The notes: generated by a model not told the origin, from the sequence alone. A stretch of DNA of 64,000 bases from Devosia sp. (GCA_039934955.1 JBDTLB010000083.1:23492-87491); one strand, 5' to 3'. Shown: positions 49,209 to 60,254, numbered from the stretch's first letter. A program made the numbers and translations.

Positions 49209-49252
49209 ACGAACAGTCAACACCACCACCCCCCCCTGAAACCGCGGTTCTT

Positions 49253-49351
49253 GAACCCTCTCCCCCTCGGCGGGGGAGAAAGCGAGTTCTTAGGTTTAGC
49301 CGAAGCCCTCTTGCGCAGGCTAAGCCTTAGAAATCGCAAGAGAGGGGGTTC
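49253..49351. repeat. 99-bp nested palindromic MITE-like element (family D)
   Basis: Terminal GAACCCTCTC / GAGAGGGGGTTC, inner hairpin TCTCCCCC-N5-GGGGGAGA and a 20-bp inverted repeat (17/20 match). Confidence 0.7.
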
Positions 49352-49476
49352 TTTCGTTCGCCCCCTCCTTCGTCAAATCTCCACCATGTCTGCACAACCC
49401 TTCAGGTTGCATTGGCCGCCCGCGGCCTCTAAACCACTGCAACGTCAACTTTCCGCGTCCGCCGAAGGGACTTGGC

Positions 49477-51408
49477 TTGTCCGATAGGCCCTCCACACCG
49501 CTGCTCGACACCATCAATTCGCCCGCCGATTTGAAGGCGCTCGACCGCACCCAGTTGCGCCAGGTCGCTGACGAATTGCGCGCCGAAATCATCGATGCCG
49601 TTTCGGTCACCGGCGGCCATCTTGGCGCCGGTCTCGGCGTCGTCGAACTCACCGTCGCGCTGCATGCCGTGTTCAACACGCCCGACGACCGCCTGGTCTG
49701 GGACGTCGGTCATCAGGCCTATCCGCACAAGGTGCTGACCGGCCGCCGCGACCGCATCCGCACGCTGCGCCAGAAGGACGGCCTCAGCGGTTTCACCCGC
49801 CGCGCCGAAAGCCCCCACGACCCGTTCGGCGCCGGCCACTCCTCGACCTCGATCTCGGCTGGCCTCGGCATGGCGATCGCCACCGCCCTCAAGGGCGAGA
49901 CTCGCAACGTTGTCGCCGTCATCGGCGACGGCGCCATGTCGGCGGGCATGGCCTATGAAGCAATGAACAATGCTGGCGCCGCCGATGCGCGCCTCATCGT
50001 CATCCTCAACGACAACGACATGTCGATCGCGCCGCCCACCGGCGCCATGTCGGCTTACCTCGCCCGTCTGGTCTCGAGCCCCGCCTATCGCGGCCTGCGC
50101 AATGTTGGCAAACAGGTGGCGAGCCTGCTGCCACCCTTCCTCAAGGATAGGGCCCGCCTCACCGAAGAATTCGCCCGCGGCTGGTGGACCGGTGGAACGC
50201 TGTTCGAGGAGCTCGGCTTCTACTATGTCGGCCCCATCGACGGACACAATCTTGACCATCTGCTGCCGGTGCTGCAGAACGTCCGCGACAGCGAGAACGG
50301 CCCTATCCTCGTCCACGTCGTCACCAAGAAGGGCAAGGGGTACGATCCCGCCGAGACGAGCGCCGACAAGTATCATGGCGTTTCCAAGTTCAACGTCATC
50401 ACCGGCGCCCAGGCCAAGACGCCGTCCAATGCCCCGTCCTACACCGCCGTCTTTGCCGACAGCTTGATCGACGAAGCGCGGCGCGACGACAAGATCGTCG
50501 CCATCACCGCTGCCATGCCATCGGGCACCGGCCTCGACAAATTCGCCGAGATCTTTCCGGCCCGCATCTTCGATGTCGGCATCGCCGAGCAGCACGCCGT
50601 CACCTTCGCGGCCGGTCTTGCGTCCGAAGGCATGAAGCCTTTCGTGGCGATATACTCGACCTTCCTGCAGCGCGCCTACGACCAACTCATCCACGACGTC
50701 GCCGTGCAGAACCTGCCGGTTCGCTTCGCCATCGATCGTGCCGGCTATGTCGGCGCCGACGGCCCTACCCATGCCGGCAATTATGACTCGGCCTATCTGG
50801 GCGCCATCCCCAACATGGTGGTTATGGCCGCCGCCGACGAAGCCGAACTCCGCCATATGGTTGCGACCGCCGCCGCCCACGAATCCGGCCCCATCGCCTT
50901 CCGCTATCCGCGCGGCGAAGGGCTCGGCGTCGAGATGCCCGAACACGGCTCAGTGCTCACCATCGGCAAAGGCCGCATCGTCAAGCAGGGCTCGACCGTC
51001 GCTCTGCTGACCTTCGGCACCCGCCTCGGCGAAGCTCTCGCCGCAGCCGAAAAGCTTAGCGCCTTCGGCCTCAACCCCACAATTGCCGACGCGCGCTTCC
51101 TGAAGCCGCTCGACGAAGAGTTGATCGCCAAGCTCGCGCACGACCACGAAGTTCTGATCACACTCGAGGAGTCGGGCATCGGTGGCTTCGGCAGCCACGT
51201 CGCGACCTTCCTCGCCCGCAACGGTCTGCTCGACGGTAAGCTGAAGTTCCGTCCGCTGATGATCCCCGACAGTTTCACCGAGCAGGCGAGCCAGAACGAC
51301 ATGTATGCCGCCGCCGGGCTCGATCGTGCTGGCATCGTCGCCACCGTGCTCGCCACCCTCGGCATCGCCGAGCCGCGTGTCGTCACCGGCGCCGACAAGC
51401 TGCGTTGA
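49477..51408 (+). CDS. dxs: 1-deoxy-D-xylulose-5-phosphate synthase
   Basis: [25 protein letters not shown] and DGPTH motifs. Confidence 0.98.
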   Translation: MSDRPSTPLLDTINSPADLKALDRTQLRQVADELRAEIIDAVSVTGGHLGAGLGVVELTVALHAVFNTPDDRLVWDVGHQAYPHKVLTGRRDRIRTLRQKDGLSGFTRRAESPHDPFGAGHSSTSISAGLGMAIATALKGETRNVVAVIGDGAMSAGMAYEAMNNAGAADARLIVILNDNDMSIAPPTGAMSAYLARLVSSPAYRGLRNVGKQVASLLPPFLKDRARLTEEFARGWWTGGTLFEELGFYYVGPIDGHNLDHLLPVLQNVRDSENGPILVHVVTKKGKGYDPAETSADKYHGVSKFNVITGAQAKTPSNAPSYTAVFADSLIDEARRDDKIVAITAAMPSGTGLDKFAEIFPARIFDVGIAEQHAVTFAAGLASEGMKPFVAIYSTFLQRAYDQLIHDVAVQNLPVRFAIDRAGYVGADGPTHAGNYDSAYLGAIPNMVVMAAADEAELRHMVATAAAHESGPIAFRYPRGEGLGVEMPEHGSVLTIGKGRIVKQGSTVALLTFGTRLGEALAAAEKLSAFGLNPTIADARFLKPLDEELIAKLAHDHEVLITLEESGIGGFGSHVATFLARNGLLDGKLKFRPLMIPDSFTEQASQNDMYAAAGLDRAGIVATVLATLGIAEPRVVTGADKLR

Positions 51409-51424
51409 ACGGGGACAGCACCGC

Positions 51425-52744
51425 ATGAAGATCGCGATGATAGGCGCTGGCTATGTCGGCCTCGTCACCGGCGCCTGCCTTGCCGATTTCGGCCACGAAG
51501 TCGTCTGCGTCGACAACAACCCCGATCGCGTCGCCGCCCTCGGCCGCGGCGAAATCCCGATCTACGAGCCCGGTCTCGAAGCCCTCGTCAAAGCCAACGA
51601 GGCCGCAGGCCGCCTGCGTTTCACCGGCAGTCTTGCCGATGCCGTCGCCGGCGCCGAAGCCATCTTCATCGCCGTCGGCACGCCCTCGCGGCGGGGGGAC
51701 GGCCACGCCGATCTGACCTACGTCCACGCCGCCGCCCGCGACATCGCTGCGCACCTTTCGGGCTATGTCGTCATTGTCGACAAATCCACTGTGCCGGTCG
51801 GCACCGGGGACGAGGTTGAGCGCCTTATCCACGAGGCCAACCCCGCCGCCGACTTCGCCGTCGTCTCCAATCCAGAGTTTCTGCGCGAAGGCGCCGCCAT
51901 CGAGGACTTCACCCATCCCGACCGCATCGTCATCGGCACCGAGCACGAGCGCGCCCGCGCTGTGATGGCCGAAATCTACCGTCCGCTGGCGCTCAATCAG
52001 GCGCCACTGATGTTCACCTCGCGCCGCTCGGCCGAGCTGATCAAATATGCCGCCAACGCCTTCCTCGCCATGAAGATCACCTTCATCAACGAACTCGCTG
52101 ACCTTGCCGAGGTCGCCGGCGCCAATGTGCAGGATGTGGCGCGCGGCATCGGCGCCGACAACCGCATCGGCAGCAAATTCCTCAACGCCGGCCCGGGCTA
52201 TGGCGGCTCCTGCTTCCCCAAGGACACGACCGCGCTGGTCCGCACCGCTCAGGAACTAGGCCGGCCGCTGCGCCTCGTCGAGACCACCGCTGCGGTCAAT
52301 TCCGCGCGTCACGCCGTCATGACCGCCAAAATCGTCGCGGCCTGCGGCGGCGACCTCAAAGGCAAGCGCATCGGCGTACTCGGCCTCACCTACAAGCCCA
52401 ACACCGACGACACGCGCGACGCCCCCTCGCTCACCATCATCGCCGACCTGCAGGCAGCGGGTGCCACAATTTTCGCCTATGACCCCGAGGGTATGGCCGG
52501 CGCCCGCACCCTGCTCCCCGGCGTCATCTTCGGCACCGGCCCCTATGACATCGCGGAAGACGCCGATGCGCTGGTGCTGGTTACCGAATGGACCGCCTTC
52601 CGCTCGCTCGATCTGCCGCGCCTCAAAGCAGCGATGCGCACGCCGCTCTTCATCGATTTGCGCAACGTCTATCGCCGCGCTGAAATGAAGCGCGCCGGCT
52701 TCGCTTATCGCAGCGTCGGACGCCCCGGCGAAGACATCGCCTAA
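51425..52744 (+). CDS. ugd: UDP-glucose 6-dehydrogenase
   Basis: IGAGYVG, KSTVP, NPEFLREG and GGSCFPKD motifs. Confidence 0.93.
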   Translation: MKIAMIGAGYVGLVTGACLADFGHEVVCVDNNPDRVAALGRGEIPIYEPGLEALVKANEAAGRLRFTGSLADAVAGAEAIFIAVGTPSRRGDGHADLTYVHAAARDIAAHLSGYVVIVDKSTVPVGTGDEVERLIHEANPAADFAVVSNPEFLREGAAIEDFTHPDRIVIGTEHERARAVMAEIYRPLALNQAPLMFTSRRSAELIKYAANAFLAMKITFINELADLAEVAGANVQDVARGIGADNRIGSKFLNAGPGYGGSCFPKDTTALVRTAQELGRPLRLVETTAAVNSARHAVMTAKIVAACGGDLKGKRIGVLGLTYKPNTDDTRDAPSLTIIADLQAAGATIFAYDPEGMAGARTLLPGVIFGTGPYDIAEDADALVLVTEWTAFRSLDLPRLKAAMRTPLFIDLRNVYRRAEMKRAGFAYRSVGRPGEDIA

Positions 52745-54117
52745 ACCACCGGCTTTAGATCGATGAACAAACTCGGCAGCAATTCGCTCACCGTCGGGTG
52801 GATATGCATCGTCCGCGTGATCAGCGTGTAGGGCTGCTTCGCGGCCATCACATGCAGGATTGACTGCACCACTTCGTCTGCCTCGATCCCGAGCAGCGCC
52901 GCTCCGAGGATCAGCTTGCTCTCGGCGTCGACCAGCACCTTCATGAAGCCCTGCGTTTCGCCCCTCTCGCGCGCCCGCCCGACCCGCGCCATCGGCAGTA
53001 CGCCCATCAGCGCCTTGATGCCCTTGGCGCGCACCTCGCTCTCGCTCATCCCCACCCGCCCAAGCGGCGGATCGATGTAGAGATTGTGCGCCGCGATGCG
53101 GTCCGTCACCTTGCGGTCATCGCCGTCGAGCAAATTGGCCGCGACGATCTCGAAATCGTTGTACGAGGTGTGCGTGAATGCGCCGCGCCCGTTGACGTCG
53201 CCCAGCGCGAACACGCCCGGCACGTTGGTCTCAAGCCGCTCGTTCACCGTGATGATGCCGCGTGCATCGACCGCGATCCCCGCTGCCTCGAGCCCCAGCC
53301 CATCGCTGTTGGGCTTGCGGCCCGTCGCCACCAGCAAATGGCTGCCCTTGACCGTCTGCGGCGCGCCACCGCTGGTGACGCTCAGCGCCACGCCGGCGCC
53401 GTCCTTCGCCACGACGAAATCCCGCGCCCCGAAATGGAGCGCAATCCCCTCATTCTCGAGGATGCCCTTCACCGCGTCCGAAATATCCGCATCCTCGCGC
53501 GCGATCAGCCGGTCGCCACGCTCGATCACCGTCACCTGCGATCCGAAACGCCGGAACATCTGTGCGAATTCGAGCCCGATATAGCTGCCGCCGACGACCA
53601 CCAGATGCGTCGGCAGCACCGCCAGATCCATCAGCGACACATTGGTGAGATAGGGCACATGGCTCAACCCGGGCCAGTCGGGCACCACCGGCCGTCCGCC
53701 TGTGTTGATGTGGATCTGCGGCGCGCTCAGCGTCTCGCCATTGACTTCGATTTCGTGCGGCCCGGTGAACCGCGCCTCCCCCATGATCGTCGTAAGCCCC
53801 TTGGTAGCGGCGAACCAGTCGACCAGCCCCTTCACCGATCCGGCGACGATCTGGTCCTTGCGCGCCTTGACCACGCCGTAGTCGACGCTCACCGGCCCGG
53901 TCTTGACACCAAACCGCGCCGCGTCGCGCGCCACATGCGCGGCCCGCGCGCTCGCCACCATGGTCTTGGTCGGAATGCAGCCATTGTTGACGCAGGTGCC
54001 GCCGATATATTCGCGCTCGATCAGCAGGACGCTGCGCCCCGCCTCCGCCAGCCGGACCGCGAGAAACGGGCCAGATTGCCCCGCCCCGATGATGATGGCG
54101 TCGAATGATCGTATCAT
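52741..54117 (-). CDS. Class I pyridine nucleotide-disulfide oxidoreductase (MerA/Lpd-like, function unknown)
   Basis: GAGQSG, GGTCVNNGCIP, GGSYIG and HPTVSE motifs; no NmerA domain and no C-terminal CC. Confidence 0.85.
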   Translation of the reverse strand: MIRSFDAIIIGAGQSGPFLAVRLAEAGRSVLLIEREYIGGTCVNNGCIPTKTMVASARAAHVARDAARFGVKTGPVSVDYGVVKARKDQIVAGSVKGLVDWFAATKGLTTIMGEARFTGPHEIEVNGETLSAPQIHINTGGRPVVPDWPGLSHVPYLTNVSLMDLAVLPTHLVVVGGSYIGLEFAQMFRRFGSQVTVIERGDRLIAREDADISDAVKGILENEGIALHFGARDFVVAKDGAGVALSVTSGGAPQTVKGSHLLVATGRKPNSDGLGLEAAGIAVDARGIITVNERLETNVPGVFALGDVNGRGAFTHTSYNDFEIVAANLLDGDDRKVTDRIAAHNLYIDPPLGRVGMSESEVRAKGIKALMGVLPMARVGRARERGETQGFMKVLVDAESKLILGAALLGIEADEVVQSILHVMAAKQPYTLITRTMHIHPTVSELLPSLFIDLKPVV

Positions 54118-54231
54118 GCCGGCCTCCAGCGCTGTCGCTGGAGCCTACCGGCTTTGGCCGCCCGGGCCTATCCGTTCACGTAAAAACGACGAGCGCGCCA
54201 TGCGTCGCTCGCGCCGACGTGAACTCTCGTT

Positions 54232-54522
54232 CTACTCGTCGCCGTCGCTGTCGCGTGGGGCGGCCTGCATGCCGAGCGCCGACATATAGAGCTCAAGCAG
54301 TGCCTCCTGCTCCATCCGCTCCGACGCATCCTGCTTGCGGATCCGCACGATCTGCCGCAGCACCGTGGTGTCGAACCCGTTGCCCTTGGCCTCGGCATAG
54401 ATCTCTTTGATGTCGTCGGAGATCGCCTTCTTTTCCTCCTCCATGCGCTCGATGCGCTCAATGAAGGCGCGGAGCTGATCCTGCGCGACACTGTCGGACG
54501 ATACGGTGGGCTGCTTGGCCAT
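54232..54522 (-). CDS. gapR: Nucleoid-associated protein GapR (DUF2312)
   Basis: [17 protein letters not shown]...[10 protein letters not shown]...LELY. Confidence 0.92.
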   Translation of the reverse strand: MAKQPTVSSDSVAQDQLRAFIERIERMEEEKKAISDDIKEIYAEAKGNGFDTTVLRQIVRIRKQDASERMEQEALLELYMSALGMQAAPRDSDGDE

Positions 54523-54690
54523 GTTCAAATCCTCGAAATCTTGCCCCGCGTTGAACCCTCTCCGCTCCGCCTGAGCAAGCTTATTTCGTGCCAAGTTCAC
54601 ATACTCCACACGCAGCCCCGCAATTCCGCCAAAAGCGGCGATTAGTCGTTGACAGTCCGCGCTCCCCCGCGCTCAAACAGGGCAACTTTC

Positions 54691-55275
54691 ATGACCGTCG
54701 GCTCGCTTGTGCACCCCGTCCGCCTCGCTCTCCTGCTTGCCGGTCTGATCCTGTCAGCGCTGACGCTTTCCGCAGCCCCGGCCCGCGCCGATTTGCGTGT
54801 CTGCAATCAAAGCTCCAACCAGGTGTCGGTTGCCTTGGGATACCGGGCCGACAAGGGTTGGCAGTCCGAAGGCTGGTGGGTCGCCCCGGCGTCGAAATGT
54901 GCGGTAGTCTACCAGGGCGACCTGCACTCCCGGTTCTTCTACCTCTATGTCGCCGATGACATCGGCGGCGGTGCCTGGGACGGTTCTGTGTTCATGTGCA
55001 CGCGTGATGAAAGTTTCACCATTTTCGGCGTCGAGGATTGCCTCGCCCGCGGATATGAACGAACCGGCTTTTTCGAGGTCGATACGCAGAACCGCACCGA
55101 TTGGACGTTGCAATTGACCGATCCGGCCAATAACGACACTGCACCCGCCGACAATGGCGACGCCGCTCCGCTCGAGGGCGATCCCAATGCACCCGCCGAC
55201 CAGACACCCGACCCGGGCACTGACGGCGGCGGCAGTGGGGATACAGGTGGCGGCGACGACACCGGCACCGACTAG
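54691..55275 (+). CDS. DUF1036 family secreted protein
   Basis: LRVCN, SEGWW, CLARGY and GFFEVDT motifs, with an acidic Gly-rich tail. Confidence 0.85.
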   Translation: MTVGSLVHPVRLALLLAGLILSALTLSAAPARADLRVCNQSSNQVSVALGYRADKGWQSEGWWVAPASKCAVVYQGDLHSRFFYLYVADDIGGGAWDGSVFMCTRDESFTIFGVEDCLARGYERTGFFEVDTQNRTDWTLQLTDPANNDTAPADNGDAAPLEGDPNAPADQTPDPGTDGGGSGDTGGGDDTGTD

Positions 55276-55311
55276 CCAGATCAAGACTGCACGCCAGGGG
55301 GCGACGACATC

Positions 55312-56748
55312 ATGAGACGTTTGAGGCGAGTGAAGATCGTCGCCACGTTGGGGCCCGCCTCCAACAGCGAAAAAATCATCGAGGCGCTGGCCCGCGCCGG
55401 TGCGGATGTATTCCGCATCAACATGAGCCACGCCAGCCACGATCTGATGCGTGAGACGGTGCAGATGATCCGCAATGTCGAGAAGTTGCTGAACCATCCA
55501 ATCGGCATCCTGGTCGATCTGCAGGGCCCGAAACTGCGCGTCGGCAAGTTTGCCGAAGGCGCCGTCCAGCTCATCGCCGGTCAAACCTTCACGCTCGACA
55601 GCTCCGACACCCCCGGCACAACGAGCCGTGTCTACCTGCCTCATCCCGAAATCATCGAGAGTGTTTCCGTCGGCGACCGCCTCCTGCTCGACGACGGAAA
55701 GCTGCAGCTCAAGGCCACCCGCGTCGGCGGCGGCGCCATCGAGACCCAAATCGTCTATGGCGGCAAGCTCAGCGACAAGAAGGGTGTCAGCCTGCCCGAT
55801 ACGCTACTGCCCGTCGGCGCCCTCACCGAGAAGGACCACGCCGATCTGCTCGCCGGCCTTGCGGCCGATGCCGACTGGATCGCGCTCAGCTTCGTGCAAC
55901 GCCCCGAAGACATCATCGACGTCCGCAAGATCGTCCAGGGCCGCGCCGGCGTCATGGCCAAGATCGAAAAGCCGCAGGCCGTCGAACGCCTCGAAGAAAT
56001 CATCAAGCTCTGCGACGCCTTCATGATCGCCCGCGGCGATCTCGGCGTCGAAATGCCGCTCGAGCAGGTTCCCGGTCTTCAAAAGCGCATGATCCGCGTC
56101 GCCCGCCGCTACGGCAAGCCGGTGGTCGTCGCCACCCAGATGCTCGAATCGATGATCACTTCGCCGGTACCGACCCGCGCCGAGGTCTCCGATGTGTCGA
56201 TCGCGGTATTCGAAGGCGCCGACGCTGTCATGCTTTCGGCTGAATCCGCCTCCGGCATGTATCCCGTAGAAGCCGTGACCATGATGAACAAGGTCGCGAT
56301 GGCGGTTGAATCCGATGTCAACTATCGCGGCATCATCCGTGCCCAGGCCGCCGAGCCCGAGGCCACCGCCGCCGACGCCATTTCTGCCGCCACCCGACAG
56401 GTCGCCGAGACGCTCGACCTCGCCGCCATCGTCACCTACACCAGCTCCGGCTCCACCGCCATCCGCGCCGCACGCGAGCGCCCGAGCAAGCCGATCCTGG
56501 CGCTCAGCCCGAACCATCGTACAGTACGCCGTCTCTCCATCGTCTGGGGCGTCCATTGCGTCGAATCGGCTGACGCCGTGAATCTCGAAGACATGGTCGA
56601 TCGCGCTTGCATCATCGCCTACAACGAGGGCTTGGCCCGCCCCGGCGACCGCATCGCCATCACCGCCGGCATTCCGCTCGGCACCCCGGGCGCCACCAAC
56701 ATGCTCCGCATCGCCTTCGTCCGTCAGGACGGCGCGGGATCATCCTGA
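55312..56748 (+). CDS. pyk: Pyruvate kinase
   Basis: KIVATLGPA, DLQGPK, ARGDLG and ATQMLESM motifs. Confidence 0.98.
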   Translation: MRRLRRVKIVATLGPASNSEKIIEALARAGADVFRINMSHASHDLMRETVQMIRNVEKLLNHPIGILVDLQGPKLRVGKFAEGAVQLIAGQTFTLDSSDTPGTTSRVYLPHPEIIESVSVGDRLLLDDGKLQLKATRVGGGAIETQIVYGGKLSDKKGVSLPDTLLPVGALTEKDHADLLAGLAADADWIALSFVQRPEDIIDVRKIVQGRAGVMAKIEKPQAVERLEEIIKLCDAFMIARGDLGVEMPLEQVPGLQKRMIRVARRYGKPVVVATQMLESMITSPVPTRAEVSDVSIAVFEGADAVMLSAESASGMYPVEAVTMMNKVAMAVESDVNYRGIIRAQAAEPEATAADAISAATRQVAETLDLAAIVTYTSSGSTAIRAARERPSKPILALSPNHRTVRRLSIVWGVHCVESADAVNLEDMVDRACIIAYNEGLARPGDRIAITAGIPLGTPGATNMLRIAFVRQDGAGSS

Positions 56749-56764
56749 CATCCGGCGTCTGGGA

Positions 56765-58723
56765 TTACCCTTTGACGCCGCCGGCAGTCAGGCCCTCGAC
56801 GAGGAAGCGCTGCGCGTAAACATACAGCGCCGCCACAGGCACTGCGGCCAGAAGTGACGCGGCCATCAGCTCGCCCCACGGCAGAATATCGCCGAACACC
56901 AGCGACTGTAGCCCAATGGGCAGCGTCCGCAGCGATTCCGAGTTGATGAAGACGAATGCGAACAGGAACTCGTTCCACGCATTGGTGAACGCAAACAGTG
57001 TCACCGACAGCAGCGCCGGCGCCGCGAGTGGCAGCACGATCCGCCAGAAGATGTAGAACCGGCCCGCCCCGTCGATCATCGCCGCCTCTTCGAGCTCGAT
57101 CGGGATCGAGCGGAAATAGCCGAGCATGACCCAGGTCGCGAAGGGCAGCAGGAACGTCGGATAGGTGACGATCAGCGCCGCGTAGGTGTTGATGATGCCC
57201 AGCTGCGTCAGTGTCTGGTACAGCGGGATGAACAGCAGGGTACCCGGCAGCAGATAGGTAATCAGCAGCAGCGTCGTCAACAGTCCGGCGCCCGCGAACT
57301 TGAGGCGCGACAACGCATAGGCGGCAAGCGAGGCCAGCGTCACCGAAATCAGCGTGCTCGCGGCGGCCACGAACGCCGAATTCATCAGCCAGGTGAGGAA
57401 CGGCGTGTTGACCAACAGCGTCTGGTATTGGTCGAGCGTCGCAGGCGCCGGCCAGAAGATTGAGGTCCGGGCGCTGATCTGCTCGGTCGACTTCAGCGAC
57501 GTGATGATGATCCAGTAAAACGGAAACAGCACAAAGCTGAAAAACGGCAGCAGGACCAGCAACCGGAGCGACAGACCTGCCTTGGCACGGTTCGACCGGT
57601 TGAGGATCGGCGCCGCGGCGTCGCGTCCAGTCATCCGCCGCAACCCGCGCGCCACCTGCTCGGCCAGCCAGCGCACCAAAGCGAAGGGGCTAAGCGCAAT
57701 ATCCACCACAAGCCCGATCACCGACATCGAAAGCGAGGCGAGGCGGTCGCCAAGTCCCGGCGCACGGTCGTCATTTTTGTTCCGGTCCTGCGGGCTCATG
57801 AAGCGCGACAGCACCCAGATTAGTAGTGCCATCAGCGGCGCAACGCTGAAGGCGATGGCGATACCGGGGCCGTATTGCAGCGACCCGATCGCCTTCTCGT
57901 ACGCCAGGATGGAATAAAGCTTGGTCGCCCCGCTCGGCCCGCCGCCGGTCATCAGGAACGGCAAGCCGAACTGGTTGAACGTCGAGATGAACGACAGCAG
58001 CAGCGTGACCACAATGATGTAGCGCATGCTGGGCAGAGTGACATGGCGGAATCGTTCCACCGCGTTGGCGCCATCGACTTCAGCCGCCTCGAGCTGTTCA
58101 CGGTCAACCGCCTTGAGACCCGCCAGCAGCAGCAGTACGTAGAATGGAATACCCTTCCAGATATTGACGGAAATGATGCTGCCCATCGCCAGATTTGGCT
58201 CCGACAGCCAGCCGACCGGGTGATCGATCAGGCCAAGTCCGCTCAGGATCGGATTAAGACCACCAAAGAGCGGATCGTAAATGCTGCGCCAGGCGAGAGC
58301 CGTCACGATCTCCGGCACGATCCAGGGCAGCAGCATGATGCCGCTCAGCAGATTGCGCAGCGGCAGGCGGCTGTTGAGCACCAGCGCAATAGTCATGCCG
58401 ACGACGAATTTGAGCCCCAGCGACCACAGCGTGAAGCTGATGGTGTTCTTCAGCGACAGAATGTAGTCGCTGTTGGTGAACAGGCGCTGGTAGTTCTTCA
58501 GGCCGACGTAAAACGTCTCGCCGGTCGTGAAATTGAAGGCCGTCGTGCTGGTGACGATGGCATTGAGGAACGGCCAGAAGATCAGCCCCACCATGATCAC
58601 GACCATCGGAAGAACGAAGAGATACCCGACCTTCCAGTCGCGCCCGAGCGCACTGCGCAATCGCGCCGCAAGGCTCACCGAAACTGGCGCGTCGGCGACA
58701 CTAAAAATCTTGCTGTCTGCCAT
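56765..58723 (-). CDS. Carbohydrate-type ABC permease, fused MalF+MalG-like
   Basis: Two EAA loops (EAAEVDGA, EAAMIDGA) in one ORF. Confidence 0.88.
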   Translation of the reverse strand: MADSKIFSVADAPVSVSLAARLRSALGRDWKVGYLFVLPMVVIMVGLIFWPFLNAIVTSTTAFNFTTGETFYVGLKNYQRLFTNSDYILSLKNTISFTLWSLGLKFVVGMTIALVLNSRLPLRNLLSGIMLLPWIVPEIVTALAWRSIYDPLFGGLNPILSGLGLIDHPVGWLSEPNLAMGSIISVNIWKGIPFYVLLLLAGLKAVDREQLEAAEVDGANAVERFRHVTLPSMRYIIVVTLLLSFISTFNQFGLPFLMTGGGPSGATKLYSILAYEKAIGSLQYGPGIAIAFSVAPLMALLIWVLSRFMSPQDRNKNDDRAPGLGDRLASLSMSVIGLVVDIALSPFALVRWLAEQVARGLRRMTGRDAAAPILNRSNRAKAGLSLRLLVLLPFFSFVLFPFYWIIITSLKSTEQISARTSIFWPAPATLDQYQTLLVNTPFLTWLMNSAFVAAASTLISVTLASLAAYALSRLKFAGAGLLTTLLLITYLLPGTLLFIPLYQTLTQLGIINTYAALIVTYPTFLLPFATWVMLGYFRSIPIELEEAAMIDGAGRFYIFWRIVLPLAAPALLSVTLFAFTNAWNEFLFAFVFINSESLRTLPIGLQSLVFGDILPWGELMAASLLAAVPVAALYVYAQRFLVEGLTAGGVKG

Positions 58724-58844
58724 GGGACTCTCCGATCCAGCATCTCGAAAGCGCACCGGCCCCGGGCCGATGCCCCGGGGCCAATGCGACAATTGAGCGT
58801 TTAGTCAGCGGCCGAGGCCGCCGCTCCACGCCGGAACGATATCG

Positions 58845-60254
58845 TCAGGACTGCATGATGCCGCCTTCTTCGAAGATCTGAACGATCTTGTCGTGCGCAT
58901 CCTTGACGGCGTCCGCCGCACTCATGCGACCGGAAATGGCGTTGCCGACCGCCTGCTCAAGCACGCTCTGTGCGCGGATGGCATCGATCTGCGGCGCCGG
59001 CGCCGCCGGCCACGACCAGCCCAGGAACGGGTCGGCGACGCTGACCTCGGCCTTGATGATCGCAAAGTTCGGATCGCCCGCAATCAGCGCGGGCGTCCAC
59101 AGGTTCTGGTAGGCCGGCATGAACAGCCCGCCCGCGATCTCGGAGATCTTCGTGAAATTGTCCGGATTGAGCAGGTCGAGGGCCAGCTTCTTGGCGAGGT
59201 CCACGTTCGGCGCACCCTTGAAGATGGTGAGCCAGCCGCCGACAAAGCCGCCTGAACGGCTGTCGCCGTTGTTGGCAGTCGGAGCCCGGAGCACGAGCGT
59301 CTTCTTGTAGAGATCGTCCGGCGAGTTCTTCTTGGTCGCCGCATAGACGCTGAACGCATTGAGCGTGTGGCCGATGCTGCCGGCGGCCCAAGCCTCGTTG
59401 TTGCCGGTGTCCGTCCAGCTCTCAATGCCAGGCGGCAGCATTGCTGCGTACTTGCCATTGCGGTCATACGTCTCGGCCAGGAACTCAAACGCCGCCACCG
59501 TTTCGGGCGAGTTGAAGGTTACCTTCTTGCCGCTCTCGTCGGTGAAATGGCCGCCGAAGGCCTGCAGGACCGATGAGCAGAAGCCGCTGCCATCACCACC
59601 TTTGTTGGGGGTGAAGCCCCAGCCGTAGAAACCGTTGGCCGGATCGGAAATCGCCAGCGCCGCCTCACGGCGGTCGCCCCAAGTCTTGAGCGACGCCGGA
59701 TCGATGCCCTTTTCCTTGAGTTTATCACCGCGGAAGAAGAAGCCCGTCGCGCTGCCCAGGTACGGAATCGACTTCCACTTGCCATCGAACTGGCCAGTCT
59801 TGGCCGCGTTGATCCCCGGCATGATGTCGCCGTAAAGCTTGATCGCTTCGTTCACGACGTCGCTCACATCTTCGACGAGGTCGAGGGTGCTGAGCTGGGC
59901 AAGCGACACGTTGGAGGTGTAGGCGAAGTCCGGCGGATTGCCGGCCTTAACAGCGGCCGTCATCTTGCCGATGAAATCGCCGAAAGACTCCGGATTGGTC
60001 GTCGAGATGTCGAGCTCGACGTTGTTCGCCTTGGCGAAGTCGCCCACCTGGCTGCGGAACAGCGTCTGGGCCTCAGGGAAATACTCGGTACGGTGGATGA
60101 CGGTCAGCTTGCCGGCCTTGCCCTGCGGCAAATCGAGCTCGGGCTTCTTGTCCTCGGCAAATGCCGGCAGGCTGCTTCCCGCGGCAATCAGTCCCGCAGC
60201 AGTAAGCGCCGTGCTCCGCAGCAGCTCGCGTCGGCTAATCTTGTTGGAATCCAT
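58845..60254 (-). CDS. ABC transporter solute-binding protein (family 1) with Tat signal
   Basis: SRRELL twin-arginine signal, AFA cleavage site, AGNPPD motif; RBS GGGAGGAG. Confidence 0.88.
   Translation of the reverse strand: MDSNKISRRELLRSTALTAAGLIAAGSSLPAFAEDKKPELDLPQGKAGKLTVIHRTEYFPEAQTLFRSQVGDFAKANNVELDISTTNPESFGDFIGKMTAAVKAGNPPDFAYTSNVSLAQLSTLDLVEDVSDVVNEAIKLYGDIMPGINAAKTGQFDGKWKSIPYLGSATGFFFRGDKLKEKGIDPASLKTWGDRREAALAISDPANGFYGWGFTPNKGGDGSGFCSSVLQAFGGHFTDESGKKVTFNSPETVAAFEFLAETYDRNGKYAAMLPPGIESWTDTGNNEAWAAGSIGHTLNAFSVYAATKKNSPDDLYKKTLVLRAPTANNGDSRSGGFVGGWLTIFKGAPNVDLAKKLALDLLNPDNFTKISEIAGGLFMPAYQNLWTPALIAGDPNFAIIKAEVSVADPFLGWSWPAAPAPQIDAIRAQSVLEQAVGNAISGRMSAADAVKDAHDKIVQIFEEGGIMQS

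Noticed and set aside
49229-49236. C8 run as a phase-variation tract
   Set aside because: Intergenic, about 240 bp from dxs, and short for a C-skewed strand.
52741-54117. Mercuric reductase merA
   Set aside because: Lacks the C-terminal CC pair and NmerA; no mer operon.
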